A stretch of 45,620 nucleotides of DNA from an uncultured Candidatus Saccharibacteria bacterium. GTDB lineage: Bacteria; Patescibacteriota; JACPGU01; CAZICA01. The position numbers were made by a program, and so were the translations under genes. Of this stretch, positions 7,325 through 16,882 are shown one piece after another. The DNA lies in contig CAZICA010000002.1 in the NCBI GenBank assembly GCA_964537705.1, positions 1 through 45,620 of the forward strand, given 5' to 3'. The stretch's first letter is position 1. Each line of letters starts with the position of its first letter. The notes under the pieces were generated by a model. That model searched no databases. It saw only the letters and a program-made list of their open reading frames with translations, and had not been told where the DNA came from.

Positions 7325-8211
7325 TTCCTTAGATCTATTATTCCATTATCTATTCTATAATTCTTTTGACATTTTAGACAAACAAGATTTTGGTCTCTGA
7401 TTTCAAAATCAGATTCGCAATTAGGGCAACAGAGAAAATTTAGAAAGTTATTAAATTCAGGTTTTCCTCCTTTGTTTTGCTGCTGTTTTTGACAAAGTAA
7501 GAAAATGCTTGGTCCCAATTTTCCTATAGCAAAAAGAGATTGAAGTGGATGTTCTAGAAATAGCATAAATTTTGTCCCTAAAATTTTTTTAAAAACAATG
7601 TGTCTCAAATTAGAGACAGAATAAATCTTTTGGGGTTCAAATCCAGTTTTTTTAAGAAGGTTGGAAATATAGGTTGGATGGAAATTGTAAAATAGTTCAC
7701 CTCGTTTTGAAGGATTGAGGTTAAATGGATTCATATTTGATTTTCCAAATAAAGCTCGAATGATTTCTAGAAAATGACGTTTATTAGGATATTCTAAAAT
7801 AAAATATTTATTAGTTACTCTCGAGATTTCTGATAATAATTTTAAAGGATCTTCTATATGATGAATTACTCTGACAAGAAGAAGGGTTTCAATTGAATTT
7901 GATTTAAAAGGTAGATGATAAGCATTTAAAGCAACAAAATAAATTTTAGATTGATTACCATATCTTTTTTTTGCTTTTTTAAGATTTTCGATTGAGTAAT
8001 CTGCCAAGATAATTCTTTCAAATCGATCTAGATAAAGATCCGTCAATCGTCCAAATCCGCAGCCTAAATCTAAAAGAAGACTTCCTTTTTTTGGAAGTAA
8101 TTTTGAAAGAGCCATTCTTTCAGCAAGATCTTCATAAGTGCGGTCAATTTCTTCATTCTTCCAATATTTTTCATAATCATAATTATATTTGTCATAATCA
8201 GCAATTTTCAT
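7321..8211 (-). CDS. class I SAM-dependent methyltransferase with C-terminal Trm112-like zinc ribbon
   Basis: SAM-binding motif LLDLGCGFGRLT. C-terminal CCPNC...CLKC..Y.I.NGIIDL zinc-ribbon pattern. Confidence 0.8.
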   Translation of the reverse strand: MKIADYDKYNYDYEKYWKNEEIDRTYEDLAERMALSKLLPKKGSLLLDLGCGFGRLTDLYLDRFERIILADYSIENLKKAKKRYGNQSKIYFVALNAYHLPFKSNSIETLLLVRVIHHIEDPLKLLSEISRVTNKYFILEYPNKRHFLEIIRALFGKSNMNPFNLNPSKRGELFYNFHPTYISNLLKKTGFEPQKIYSVSNLRHIVFKKILGTKFMLFLEHPLQSLFAIGKLGPSIFLLCQKQQQNKGGKPEFNNFLNFLCCPNCESDFEIRDQNLVCLKCQKNYRIDNGIIDLRK

Positions 8212-10349
8212 TTTTTTATCAAAATTCTATTATCAAGGGCAAGTACACCCTTTTCATAGACTAGCAAAGGATTTATATCAAGTTCCTCGATTTCTGGTTG
8301 ATCTTGGATTAATTTGCAAACTTTTAAGATTGTATCAATTATTGCTTTTTCATCCAAAGGAGGTTGTCCACGCACTCCTTTGATTAATTTATAGGCTTTA
8401 ATTTCTGAAATCATTTCTTTTGCATCCTCTGGAGTCAAGGGTGCTAGTCTGAAAGAGACATCTTTAAATACTTCAATCCAGATCCCCCCGAATCCAAACA
8501 TAATAAGTGGACCAAATAAAGGATCTCTTTTAACTCCAATTACAAATTCTATTCCTTTTTTAGCCATAGGATAGACTACTATTCCATTAATTCTTGCTTT
8601 TGGTTTTTTTCTTTTTACATTCTTTATTATTTCATTAAAGGCTCTTTTAACCTCTTCTTCATTTTTAAGATCAACTTTTACCCCTCCTACATCTGATTTA
8701 TGAATTATATCTGGAGAAGAGATTTTAAGAACAACAGGAAAAGTAAGTTCTCTGGAAGCTGCTATCGCTTCCGTAGCTGATTGAACTAATCTTGATTTTA
8801 AAACCGGGATTTTATAAGTACGCAGTATTTCATCAGCTATTTGATCTCCTAGATGAAAGACATTTTTTAGTCTTTCTTCTTTAATCCAGGCAGCTACGTT
8901 TTCTTTTCCATATTTTTCAATTTCTATAGAAACTGGTTGGGGAGCCTTTTTAATTTTTTCTTTCCAATTTCTGTATTCAATAAACTTTTTTAAAACATTT
9001 ACTGCTTTTTCAGGAAATCCAAAAACTGGTATGCCAGCTTTTTCTAAAATTCTAATTCCTTTTTTAACTTTTTCTCCTCCGATAAAAATAGGGAATATAG
9101 GTTTTTCGTTTTTAGCTTTTCGCTTTTCGTTTTTCGTTTTTAGTTTTTCACTTATCACTTCTGCTGTTTTCTCAATCTCTGTTGCAGTTTGAGGAGTTAG
9201 AATTAGAAGAATAGCACCAGTGTTTTTATCTTTTAAACCAACTTTTAAGGCAAGTTCATATCGATCTGCCTTTGCATCTCCGATTAGATCAACAGGATTT
9301 TTTAAACTCGCTGCCTTTGGTAGATTTTTCTTAAGAATTTCTAAGTTCCCTTTTTCTAACTTAGCTAAGGGAAGATTAGCTGCTTCTAAAGCATCTGTTG
9401 CCATTACTCCTGGTCCTCCTGCGTTGGTAATTACTAGAACTTCTTTTTTTTCTGGTAAAGGGATTTTGGAGAATGATTTTGCTAGAACGAATAACTCTTC
9501 TAAAGAATCAGCTTTAATTACTCCTGATTTTAGAAAAGCTGCATCTATTGCTTTTTGAGAACCTGCTAAAGCACCAGTATGAGTAGCAATAGCTTTTGCA
9601 CCTTTTTCTGTTTTTCCGGCTTTAACTACGATCAAAGGTTTTTTTAAAGAGAGTTTTTTTGCTATTTCTATAAATTTTCTTCCATCATCAACTTTATTTC
9701 CTATAGATTCTAGATAAGCAATTATTAGCTCAGTGGCTTTATCCTTTTCTAAAAATTCTAAAAGGTCTATCTCGGTAACATCTGCTTTATTTCCTAAACT
9801 TATAAATCTTGAAAAACCAACCTCTGCTACTTGGGCCCAATCTAAAATAGCGGTGCAAACTGCACCAGATTGAGAAATTACAGCAATATTTCCTTTTTTA
9901 GGAAAAGAAGGAGCAAATGAAGCATTCAATCGAGAAATAGAATCTATTAATCCAAGACAATTAGGACCCAAAATTCTTATAGAATAAAATTTGGAAATTT
10001 TTATTAACTCATTCTCTAGTTTTTCTCCCTCAGGTCCAATTTCTTTAAAGCCAGCTGAGATAATTATAGCTCCTTTAATTTTTTTCTTTCCACATTCTTC
10101 TAGAACCGAAGGAACTGCCTGAGCTGGAATAACAAAAATAGCTAAATCAGGTGATTCAGGTATATCTAAGACTGAAGGGTAATTTTTGACTCCCAAAACT
10201 TTCTTAACAGATGGATCAATATTGCAAGCATATAGCTTTCCTTTAAAGCCTCCTTCGATGATATTTTTCAAAACTTGATGTCCTAATTTTTGAGGATTTA
10301 GAGAAGCACCTATTACAACAATAGATTTTGGTCTAAAGAAGAAATCCAT
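8208..10349 (-). CDS. ADP-forming acetyl-CoA synthetase (acetate--CoA ligase), fused alpha/beta type
   Basis: N-terminal CoA-binding/succinyl-CoA-synthetase-like region (SIVVIGAS...GPNCLG...SQSGA...TNAGGPGV) plus a C-terminal ATP-grasp region (HKSDVGGV...). Confidence 0.85.
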   Translation of the reverse strand: MDFFFRPKSIVVIGASLNPQKLGHQVLKNIIEGGFKGKLYACNIDPSVKKVLGVKNYPSVLDIPESPDLAIFVIPAQAVPSVLEECGKKKIKGAIIISAGFKEIGPEGEKLENELIKISKFYSIRILGPNCLGLIDSISRLNASFAPSFPKKGNIAVISQSGAVCTAILDWAQVAEVGFSRFISLGNKADVTEIDLLEFLEKDKATELIIAYLESIGNKVDDGRKFIEIAKKLSLKKPLIVVKAGKTEKGAKAIATHTGALAGSQKAIDAAFLKSGVIKADSLEELFVLAKSFSKIPLPEKKEVLVITNAGGPGVMATDALEAANLPLAKLEKGNLEILKKNLPKAASLKNPVDLIGDAKADRYELALKVGLKDKNTGAILLILTPQTATEIEKTAEVISEKLKTKNEKRKAKNEKPIFPIFIGGEKVKKGIRILEKAGIPVFGFPEKAVNVLKKFIEYRNWKEKIKKAPQPVSIEIEKYGKENVAAWIKEERLKNVFHLGDQIADEILRTYKIPVLKSRLVQSATEAIAASRELTFPVVLKISSPDIIHKSDVGGVKVDLKNEEEVKRAFNEIIKNVKRKKPKARINGIVVYPMAKKGIEFVIGVKRDPLFGPLIMFGFGGIWIEVFKDVSFRLAPLTPEDAKEMISEIKAYKLIKGVRGQPPLDEKAIIDTILKVCKLIQDQPEIEELDINPLLVYEKGVLALDNRILIKK

Positions 10350-10358
10350 AATTGGAGT

Positions 10359-10934
10359 TTATTTGATCTTATAAGGAGAAGGAGGAACAGCAATTATTTT
10401 TTCTTTTTCTACTAATTTTAGCACCTTTTCTACCAATGTTTTAGGATCCGGATCATAGACTATTTTTCCAGGCCCTCTTTTTGCTCTTTTCACTATTTCC
10501 TCGATCATATCAGCTGTTCCACCTGTTTCTGTTAGGATTCCAATTGGTTTATTATCTTCAAAGGCAATGGTAAATTCATTTAGAGTACCCATCCTTCCAC
10601 AGACAATTATTACTGCATCAGAAGCACGAGTTAGAAGTAAATTTCTTCCTGAATAACCAAATCCAGTGTAAATTATAATATCAAAAAATTCTGTAGGAAG
10701 TCGATATTTTCTTACATGTTCTATTTCCGAAGAGGCAGGAGAGATACCTATCGAGAATCCGCCTTCTTCTTTTGCTCCTTCAGCAGCCCATAAAGGAGCA
10801 CCTGTTGTAGCTCCAGTTAGAAGAACACCATTATGGCGAATAATTTCTCTTCCTAGTTCTTTAGTTTTTTCAAAAGCTGCCTCATTACAATGAGCTGTCT
10901 CCGCAGCTCCTGAAACACAAATTTTATACCTCAT
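10359..10934 (-). CDS. LOG/TIGR00725-like (SLOG Rossmann) family protein
   Basis: Family-like motifs ICVSGAAE, LLTGATTG, GAKEEGG.SIGI and DAVIIVCGRMGTLNEF. Confidence 0.7.
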   Translation of the reverse strand: MRYKICVSGAAETAHCNEAAFEKTKELGREIIRHNGVLLTGATTGAPLWAAEGAKEEGGFSIGISPASSEIEHVRKYRLPTEFFDIIIYTGFGYSGRNLLLTRASDAVIIVCGRMGTLNEFTIAFEDNKPIGILTETGGTADMIEEIVKRAKRGPGKIVYDPDPKTLVEKVLKLVEKEKIIAVPPSPYKIK

Positions 10935-10954
10935 TTTTTCCTCCTTTTAAAAAT

Positions 10955-12304
10955 TTAGGTTAATTCCACGGTAGACCCATAATCAGGCACTTCAGTTGCT
11001 ATACCTAGTTCATCTCTTATTTTACAAGCAAGAGCAGTGGCTGAATCTTCTTCTCCATGAACAATAAAAACTCTCTTAACTCTTCCTGCTTTTCGGACCC
11101 AATAAACTAATTTTGGTTGATCGGCATGAGCTGAATATGCTCCAATTGCTTTAACTTTTGCTTGAACTTTTACTTTTTCTCCTAGAATTTTTACTTCCTG
11201 AGCTCCATCAAATATTTTTCTTCCTAAAGTTCCTGAGACTTGATATCCAATTATTAAAAGCAGATTTTTTGGATCAGATAAATATAATTTTTCATGAAAT
11301 AGAATTCTTCCAGCAGTACTCATTCCAGAACCAGCTATTATTACTTTTGGAGGAGGAATTTCATTTATTTTCTTTGATTCTTCAACTGTTGGAGTGAATT
11401 TTAGTCCTGGAAATTTAAATAAATCATCTCCTGATTTTATTAAATAAAATGCTTCTTTATTAAAATAATCAGGATATTTTTTATAAATTTCTGTAGCCTT
11501 TATTGCCAAAGGTGAGTCTAAAAAAATAGGAACTCTTGGAACTCGAAAATGTTCTACCAGATCGTTTAATTCATAAAGAAGCTCTTGGGTTCTTTCCATA
11601 GCAAAAGAGGGAATTAAAAGTACTCCTTTTTGGGCAACTGTGTCTTCAATAGCTCTTTCTAATTTTAATTTTCTTTCAATTGGAGATTCATGAATTCTGG
11701 ATCCGTAGGTCGATTCTATTATTAGATAGTCAGCATCAGAAGTAAATTCAGTAGGAGCTAAAAGGGGAACAGGTGGATTTCCTAAATCTCCTGAGAAAAC
11801 TATTTTTTTACCAAAGGCAAATATTTCAATGAAAGCAGAACCCAAGATATGTCCTGCGTCTTTAAAAACAAAAGAAACATTTTCCGATAGTTTTATTTCT
11901 TGATGATAATCAATTGGATGGAAAAATTGAAGGCAGTTTTCGACATCCTCTTGAGTAAAAAGTGGTTCAATTTTTAATTCTTCTGCTTCTTCTTTTATAA
12001 TATTAGCACAATCTTCCAAAAAAATTTCAGCAAAATCTTTTACTGGTCTGGTGCAATAGATTTTTCCATTAAATCCTTCTTTAACTAGTTTTGGAATTCG
12101 GCCAATATGATCGATATGGGAATGGGTGACAAGGAGGAAATCGATCTCTTTTGGGGAGTAGGGAAAAGGTTGATAATTTTTTTCTTCAGCGTGTCTTCCT
12201 CCTTGAAAGAGGCCGCAATCAATAAGAATTTTTCCTTCTTCTGTTTCAAGAAGAAAGTTTGATCCAGTAACTTCTTTAGTTGCTCCAAAAAAAGAAAGTT
12301 TCAT
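10955..12304 (-). CDS. MBL-fold beta-CASP family ribonuclease-like hydrolase
   Basis: HSHIDHIG motif, plus beta-CASP motifs ESTYG, SAHAD and VHGE. Confidence 0.8.
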   Translation of the reverse strand: MKLSFFGATKEVTGSNFLLETEEGKILIDCGLFQGGRHAEEKNYQPFPYSPKEIDFLLVTHSHIDHIGRIPKLVKEGFNGKIYCTRPVKDFAEIFLEDCANIIKEEAEELKIEPLFTQEDVENCLQFFHPIDYHQEIKLSENVSFVFKDAGHILGSAFIEIFAFGKKIVFSGDLGNPPVPLLAPTEFTSDADYLIIESTYGSRIHESPIERKLKLERAIEDTVAQKGVLLIPSFAMERTQELLYELNDLVEHFRVPRVPIFLDSPLAIKATEIYKKYPDYFNKEAFYLIKSGDDLFKFPGLKFTPTVEESKKINEIPPPKVIIAGSGMSTAGRILFHEKLYLSDPKNLLLIIGYQVSGTLGRKIFDGAQEVKILGEKVKVQAKVKAIGAYSAHADQPKLVYWVRKAGRVKRVFIVHGEEDSATALACKIRDELGIATEVPDYGSTVELT

Positions 12305-12975
12305 TAGTATTTTTCTTTTCCTTTTTTACCCTTTATGATAGAGACTCCATTTGAAGACCCGATTCTGGTTGCTCCAGCCTGGATCATTGAAAGTGCTTTT
12401 TTGAAATCTCTAATTCCTCCTGAAGCTTTTACTCCCATTTCTTTTCCTACGGCTTTCCTCATTAATTTAATATCAGTTATTTTAGCCCCCCTTGGACCGT
12501 ATCCTGTTGCTGTTTTTACAAACTTTGCTCCAGCTTGTTTTGCTAATTTACAGGTTTTTATAATTTCCGCTTTGGTTAAGAAACCGACTTCTAAAATTAC
12601 CTTTACTTCTTTAGGTTTTGCTGCTTTTACTACTTCTTTTATATCTTTTAAAACAAGATCCCAATCATGATCTTTTACTGCTCCAATATTTACCACCATA
12701 TCAATTTCATCTGCTCCATTTTTTACCGCTTCTTTTGTTTCAAATGCCTTTGTAGCTGGAGTAGTAAACCCAAAAGGAAATCCTATCACAGTGATAACTT
12801 TGATTTTTGATCCTTTCAAGAATTTCTTTGCTAATTTCACTCTTGAAGGAGTTACACAAACAGAGTGGAATCCATATTTTTTTGCTTCTTCACATAATTT
12901 TTTAATATCTCTTTCTCTTGCCGTAGGTTTGACATTGGTGTGATCTATAAATTTAGCTAATTCTTTTGGTTTCAT
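12304..12975 (-). CDS. deoC: deoxyribose-phosphate aldolase
   Basis: IDHT.VKP, GFPFG, EIDMV.N, KVILE, FVKT.TG and KASGGIR..GA.RIG.S motifs. The gene has a 1-nt overlap with the downstream gene. Confidence 0.85.
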   Translation of the reverse strand: MKPKELAKFIDHTNVKPTARERDIKKLCEEAKKYGFHSVCVTPSRVKLAKKFLKGSKIKVITVIGFPFGFTTPATKAFETKEAVKNGADEIDMVVNIGAVKDHDWDLVLKDIKEVVKAAKPKEVKVILEVGFLTKAEIIKTCKLAKQAGAKFVKTATGYGPRGAKITDIKLMRKAVGKEMGVKASGGIRDFKKALSMIQAGATRIGSSNGVSIIKGKKGKEKY

Positions 12976-12986
12976 TTTTCCTCCTT

Positions 12987-13442
12987 TTAGGCTGCCTTTC
13001 TTTTTTCTTCTAATTCTTTTATTTTATTTTCCCAATATTTTATTTCTTTTTCAATATTATTAATTAACCTTCGATCTTCTATAGTTGTTTCTCCCCAAGC
13101 AAGTATTTGATCTCTTTGATTTTCTAGTTCTTTTATTTTCTCTTTAGCATGAATTATCTCAGCTTCCTCTTTCCAAGAGCTTAATAGTTCAGGAGAAACT
13201 ATTTTTCTAAGTAATTTATCTTTTTCTTTTTTTTCAACAATTATTTTCTCCTTTTCAAATCCTTTTACTTTCCATCCTTCCAATTCAAAAGCTCCAGAAG
13301 ACCTTTTTACAGGTACTTCTTCACCAATTGGAAATTTTTCTTTTATTTCTTTCTCTTTCTCTATTCTTTTTTGAATTTCTTCTTCTCTTTCTTTTTGATA
13401 AGCTTCGATTTCCTTTTTAAATTCTTCTGAAATTTCTTCCAT
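12987..13442 (-). CDS. hypothetical Lys/Glu-rich coiled-coil protein
   Basis: ORF sits in an operon context. No family recognised. Confidence 0.55.
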   Translation of the reverse strand: MEEISEEFKKEIEAYQKEREEEIQKRIEKEKEIKEKFPIGEEVPVKRSSGAFELEGWKVKGFEKEKIIVEKKEKDKLLRKIVSPELLSSWKEEAEIIHAKEKIKELENQRDQILAWGETTIEDRRLINNIEKEIKYWENKIKELEEKRKAA

Positions 13443-13457
13443 GGTTAAACAATAAAT

Positions 13458-14606
13458 TTATTTACAAATTTCTTCACGAGTATAGAAATTTGGGTCATCT
13501 TTATAAAAGCCACAAATATTCATTTGTTGAAGTTGTTCAAAAGAAAGACCAGCTTGACTAAAAACAGATTCCATTAATTGTTGCATACCAGAAGGTGGTT
13601 CAGCGAAATCGAATAAACCAGGTCTTACAGATTGATTCACCCTAACATCTGTAAATGTTACTCCGGGATCTGTTTTAAGAGGAATACCCCACTTTTTCCA
13701 ATACCAAACTTTTTGTTTTTTTCCTTCTACTTCAAATTCTACAATGATGGTTTCTTTTCCATCAAATATTTCTTCTCCAATTATTTTAAAATTTTTTGGA
13801 ATATTGGAAGGAAAATAAGCAGAATGGCATGGCAAAGGGATAGAAATCATTGCCATATCCTTCCCTCCATAGCTTGTTACTCCATAAAGTTTATCATTTT
13901 TCCATACCATTCTCATAGGGAAAGATAACCCTTCTATTTCTCCGGAGAGTTTATCTAATCTGCCATTTTCTTTTAAAACCAAATCCATTTTCACCGCAGG
14001 AATTTGGCCAGAGGGTAAAGTTTTAAAGTGAAGAGTTTTGATGTTACATGATCGAGCAAGGATTTTCAAAAATTCCTCTTTGTTTGGAAGAAATTTAGTT
14101 TCTTTTGTTTCCTTTTTCTCGGTTGTTGGAGAGGGGGTTAATTTTGTTGTTTTTCCTATTAATGGCTTTTCTTCCGATTCCTTTAATCTACAATTTTTAC
14201 ATTTAATTTCTAAACTAGCTGATCCACAATTTGTACTTGTTTCCATCCAGTAATTTCCTGGAGGTAGAGTTTGGAAATATTTTTTATTAATACAATCAAA
14301 TACAATTTCTCCCTTTCTATTTTCTTTTCTTATTCTTGCACAAGAAAAACATCCTATAGGATTAATTACACAGTTAGTGCAATCTGTGAGAATAGAGACC
14401 TTTTGGGTGGTTTTAATTTCACATATACCTTCTGCTCTACAATAATTCTGACCTGGAAGAATATCACAAGAAATTCTACATCGACCAAATTTTTGAAAAG
14501 ATCTTTTGGCTAGATTTTTATAAATAAAAAAACCACCTATTGCCGTGCCAGTAAGAACAACTCCTAGAAAGAACAAAAATAATTTAGAAATGCCTTTTTC
14601 TTTCAT
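13458..14606 (-). CDS. membrane-anchored Cys-rich extracytoplasmic protein, unknown function
   Basis: N-terminal TM segment, then 12 Cys in about 95 aa including the CTNC, CFSC and CKNC pairs, a Thr/Lys/Glu linker and a C-terminal globular part. SD GGAGGG lies upstream. Confidence 0.65.
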   Translation of the reverse strand: MKEKGISKLFLFFLGVVLTGTAIGGFFIYKNLAKRSFQKFGRCRISCDILPGQNYCRAEGICEIKTTQKVSILTDCTNCVINPIGCFSCARIRKENRKGEIVFDCINKKYFQTLPPGNYWMETSTNCGSASLEIKCKNCRLKESEEKPLIGKTTKLTPSPTTEKKETKETKFLPNKEEFLKILARSCNIKTLHFKTLPSGQIPAVKMDLVLKENGRLDKLSGEIEGLSFPMRMVWKNDKLYGVTSYGGKDMAMISIPLPCHSAYFPSNIPKNFKIIGEEIFDGKETIIVEFEVEGKKQKVWYWKKWGIPLKTDPGVTFTDVRVNQSVRPGLFDFAEPPSGMQQLMESVFSQAGLSFEQLQQMNICGFYKDDPNFYTREEICK

Positions 14607-14636
14607 TTAGCCCTCCTAAATTAACTTCTTTTTAAA

Positions 14637-15200
14637 TTAAACTTCTACATACTTTTTAACAAGATTGGTTACAAAAGGAATGGTAAAATATTGTCCTTTA
14701 TAAGCTTTTAAGGCATAAATGATTTCTAAAATTAGAACAGCTAGCCAAAAGAGGGTTCCTATAAAAAATACTAAAATATCATAGATTATTGCTAAAAGAG
14801 AGATATGTCCTATAATTACTCTTATTACATTCAACAGAATTGAAATACCCACTAAAGTTAATCCAAAAAATAATGCTTGATATCCATGATATCGAGCAAA
14901 TTTATCTTCCTTTTTAGTTAAAAAAATCAAGGCTATAGCTACAATCCATATTAGATAAGAAACAGCCGCTAAAAGTTTTGCTGTGTGTGGATCTAAAGTT
15001 CCTTTTTGGAATGTTACTTGGGAAGGGATCGATTCAGAGGGTTGAGGCGGTGGCGGAGGCATTTTTCCTGTAGCAATTTTTATAGCCTCATCTACTTCTT
15101 TAGGATCATAGCCACTTTCTATAAGAGTTTTTTTAAGATCTTCGATTTTAAATTTGTCTTTGTTTTGGTTAATGTAGTCTACAAGTTGTTGGTTTACCAT
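14637..15200 (-). CDS. membrane protein, DUF4870-like C-terminal TM domain with Pro-rich linker
   Basis: AAVSYLIWIVAIALIFLTKKEDKFARYHGYQALFFGL resembles the DUF4870 family. A PPPPPQP linker is present. SD GGAGGG lies upstream. Confidence 0.6.
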   Translation of the reverse strand: MVNQQLVDYINQNKDKFKIEDLKKTLIESGYDPKEVDEAIKIATGKMPPPPPQPSESIPSQVTFQKGTLDPHTAKLLAAVSYLIWIVAIALIFLTKKEDKFARYHGYQALFFGLTLVGISILLNVIRVIIGHISLLAIIYDILVFFIGTLFWLAVLILEIIYALKAYKGQYFTIPFVTNLVKKYVEV

Positions 15201-15240
15201 TTTTTCCCTCCTTTTTTAATTATTTTTTAAATTTATTTTA

Positions 15241-15269
15241 AAATTACATTTTAAATAACTTTTTGTCAA
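15241..15269 (-). promoter_or_regulatory. sigma-70-type promoter (minus strand)
   Basis: On the minus strand: TTGACA (15269-15264), a 17-nt spacer, then TAATTT (15246-15241). It lies upstream of the gene starting at 15200. Confidence 0.5.
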
Positions 15270-15289
15270 CTTTTTTCAAAATCTTAAAT

Positions 15290-16882
15290 TCATCTTAAAC
15301 TTTCTATTAGGTTATATCCAGTCATCTCAATTGGTTGATTAAGATTTAAAAGAGCTAATATAGTAGGAGCGACATCAGCTAATGCTCCTATAGGAGCTAT
15401 TTGATCAAATTTTTCATTTGAGGGTTTTAGTTTTTTGTTAAAAGGAGTGATTAAAACAAATGGGACCGGGTTTGTGGAATGTTCTTTATCAATTTCTCCT
15501 GTTTCTAGATTGATCATTTCTTCCACATTTCCATGGTCTGCTGTTACTACTGCTGCTCCCTTTTCTTCTATTACTACTTTTAATATTTTTCCAAGACACT
15601 CATCAACAACTTCACAGGCTTTTATTCCTGCTTTTAAAACACCTGTATGACCTACCATGTCAGGATTTGCAAAATTAACTATTGAAAATTTATATTTTTT
15701 TGTTTTTATTTCAGAAAGTAAAGTCTCAGTGATTTGATAAGCTGACATTTCTGGTGTTTTATCATAAGTTGGAACTTTAGGAGAGGGAATCAAAGTTCTT
15801 TTTTCTTTTTTAAATGGTTTTTCTCTATAACCATTGAAGAAATAAGTGACATGAGCATATTTTTCAGTTTCAGCTAGATGGAATTGATAAAACCCTGCAT
15901 CGGAGATTACTTTTCCTAAAGGAAGAGCAATTTTTTCTTCAGGAAAGGCTATATTTTTGCATAAACCTTTTTGATATTCAGTCATACAAACAAAGAATAA
16001 ATTTTTAAATTTTTTTGTTTTAAATTCTTTAAAAGAAGGATCAATAAATGCTTTAGTAATTTGTCTTGCTCTATCAGCTCGGAAATTAAAAAATATAACT
16101 GCATCATTTTCTGAGATCATTCCATTTTCATCAATTACAGTTGGAGAAATAAATTCATCTGTTTCATTTTTTTTATAAGCAATATCTATTGCTTCTTCTA
16201 TATTTTTTGCTTTTCTTCCTGTTTTAAAAACCATTGCCTGATAAGCTTTTTCTGTTCTTTTCCATCTTCTATCTCGATCCATTGCAAAATACCTGCCACT
16301 TAAGGAGGCAAATTTAGCATCTAATTGGAGCTCTTTTATCTTTTGTTTTACTTCCTTTATATATCTTTTTGCTGCTTTTGGAGGAGTATCTCTTCCATCA
16401 GTAAATCCATGAATATATATATTTTTCACTCCTTTAAGGGCCATGAGTTCTAAAAGAGCTAATAAATGTTCTAAATGAGAATGAACTCCTCCAGTAGAGA
16501 TAAGGCCTACTAAATGAATTTTGGAATTAAATTTTTTCCTGTGATGGATAGCTTTTTTAAATATTTTATTAGTAAAAAATGTTCCTTGTTCGATACTTCT
16601 CGATATTCGGGGAAGAGGTTGATAAATTACCTTTCCTGCTCCTAAATTTAAATGTCCTACCTCAGAATTTCCTTGCTCTCCCCAAGGAAGTCCAACTGCT
16701 ATTCCTGCAGCTTGGAGAGTGGTTTTGGGATAATATTTTTCTAAAAAATCAAAATTTGGGGTATTAGCTAATTTAACTGCATTTCCCTTTTTTACTGGAG
16801 AAATACCCCAGCCATCTAAAATTATTAAAATCACAAAATCTGGAATAAATTTTTGTTTTCTGAAAAATTTTAAAAAGAACAT
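15290..16882 (-). CDS. gpmI: 2,3-bisphosphoglycerate-independent phosphoglycerate mutase
   Basis: ILDGWG, GNSEVGH.NLGAG, FTDGRDT, FANPDMVGHTG and TADHGN motifs. Confidence 0.9.
   Translation of the reverse strand: MFFLKFFRKQKFIPDFVILIILDGWGISPVKKGNAVKLANTPNFDFLEKYYPKTTLQAAGIAVGLPWGEQGNSEVGHLNLGAGKVIYQPLPRISRSIEQGTFFTNKIFKKAIHHRKKFNSKIHLVGLISTGGVHSHLEHLLALLELMALKGVKNIYIHGFTDGRDTPPKAAKRYIKEVKQKIKELQLDAKFASLSGRYFAMDRDRRWKRTEKAYQAMVFKTGRKAKNIEEAIDIAYKKNETDEFISPTVIDENGMISENDAVIFFNFRADRARQITKAFIDPSFKEFKTKKFKNLFFVCMTEYQKGLCKNIAFPEEKIALPLGKVISDAGFYQFHLAETEKYAHVTYFFNGYREKPFKKEKRTLIPSPKVPTYDKTPEMSAYQITETLLSEIKTKKYKFSIVNFANPDMVGHTGVLKAGIKACEVVDECLGKILKVVIEEKGAAVVTADHGNVEEMINLETGEIDKEHSTNPVPFVLITPFNKKLKPSNEKFDQIAPIGALADVAPTILALLNLNQPIEMTGYNLIESLR

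Noticed and set aside
9095-9150. Tandem-looking TTTTCG/TTTTAG repeats
   Set aside because: They lie inside the acetyl-CoA synthetase gene. They encode a short Lys/Asn/Glu-rich linker (KTKNEKRKAKNEK) between its two halves. This is coding low complexity, not a repeat element or array.
9220-9558. Plus-strand 112-aa ORF
   Set aside because: It is antisense to the well-supported acd gene, and its Ser/Phe/Lys-rich product is typical of the reverse frame of an AT-rich gene.
11158-12670. ORFs 11158-11397 (+), 12085-12288 (-, alternative frame) and 12335-12670 (+)
   Set aside because: They overlap the beta-CASP and deoC genes, which have clear family motifs. They have no SD and no recognisable domains.
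13632-15650. Plus-strand ORFs 13632-13928, 14038-14253, 14271-14513, 15006-15230 and 15435-15650
   Set aside because: All are antisense shadows of minus-strand genes in a tightly packed operon.
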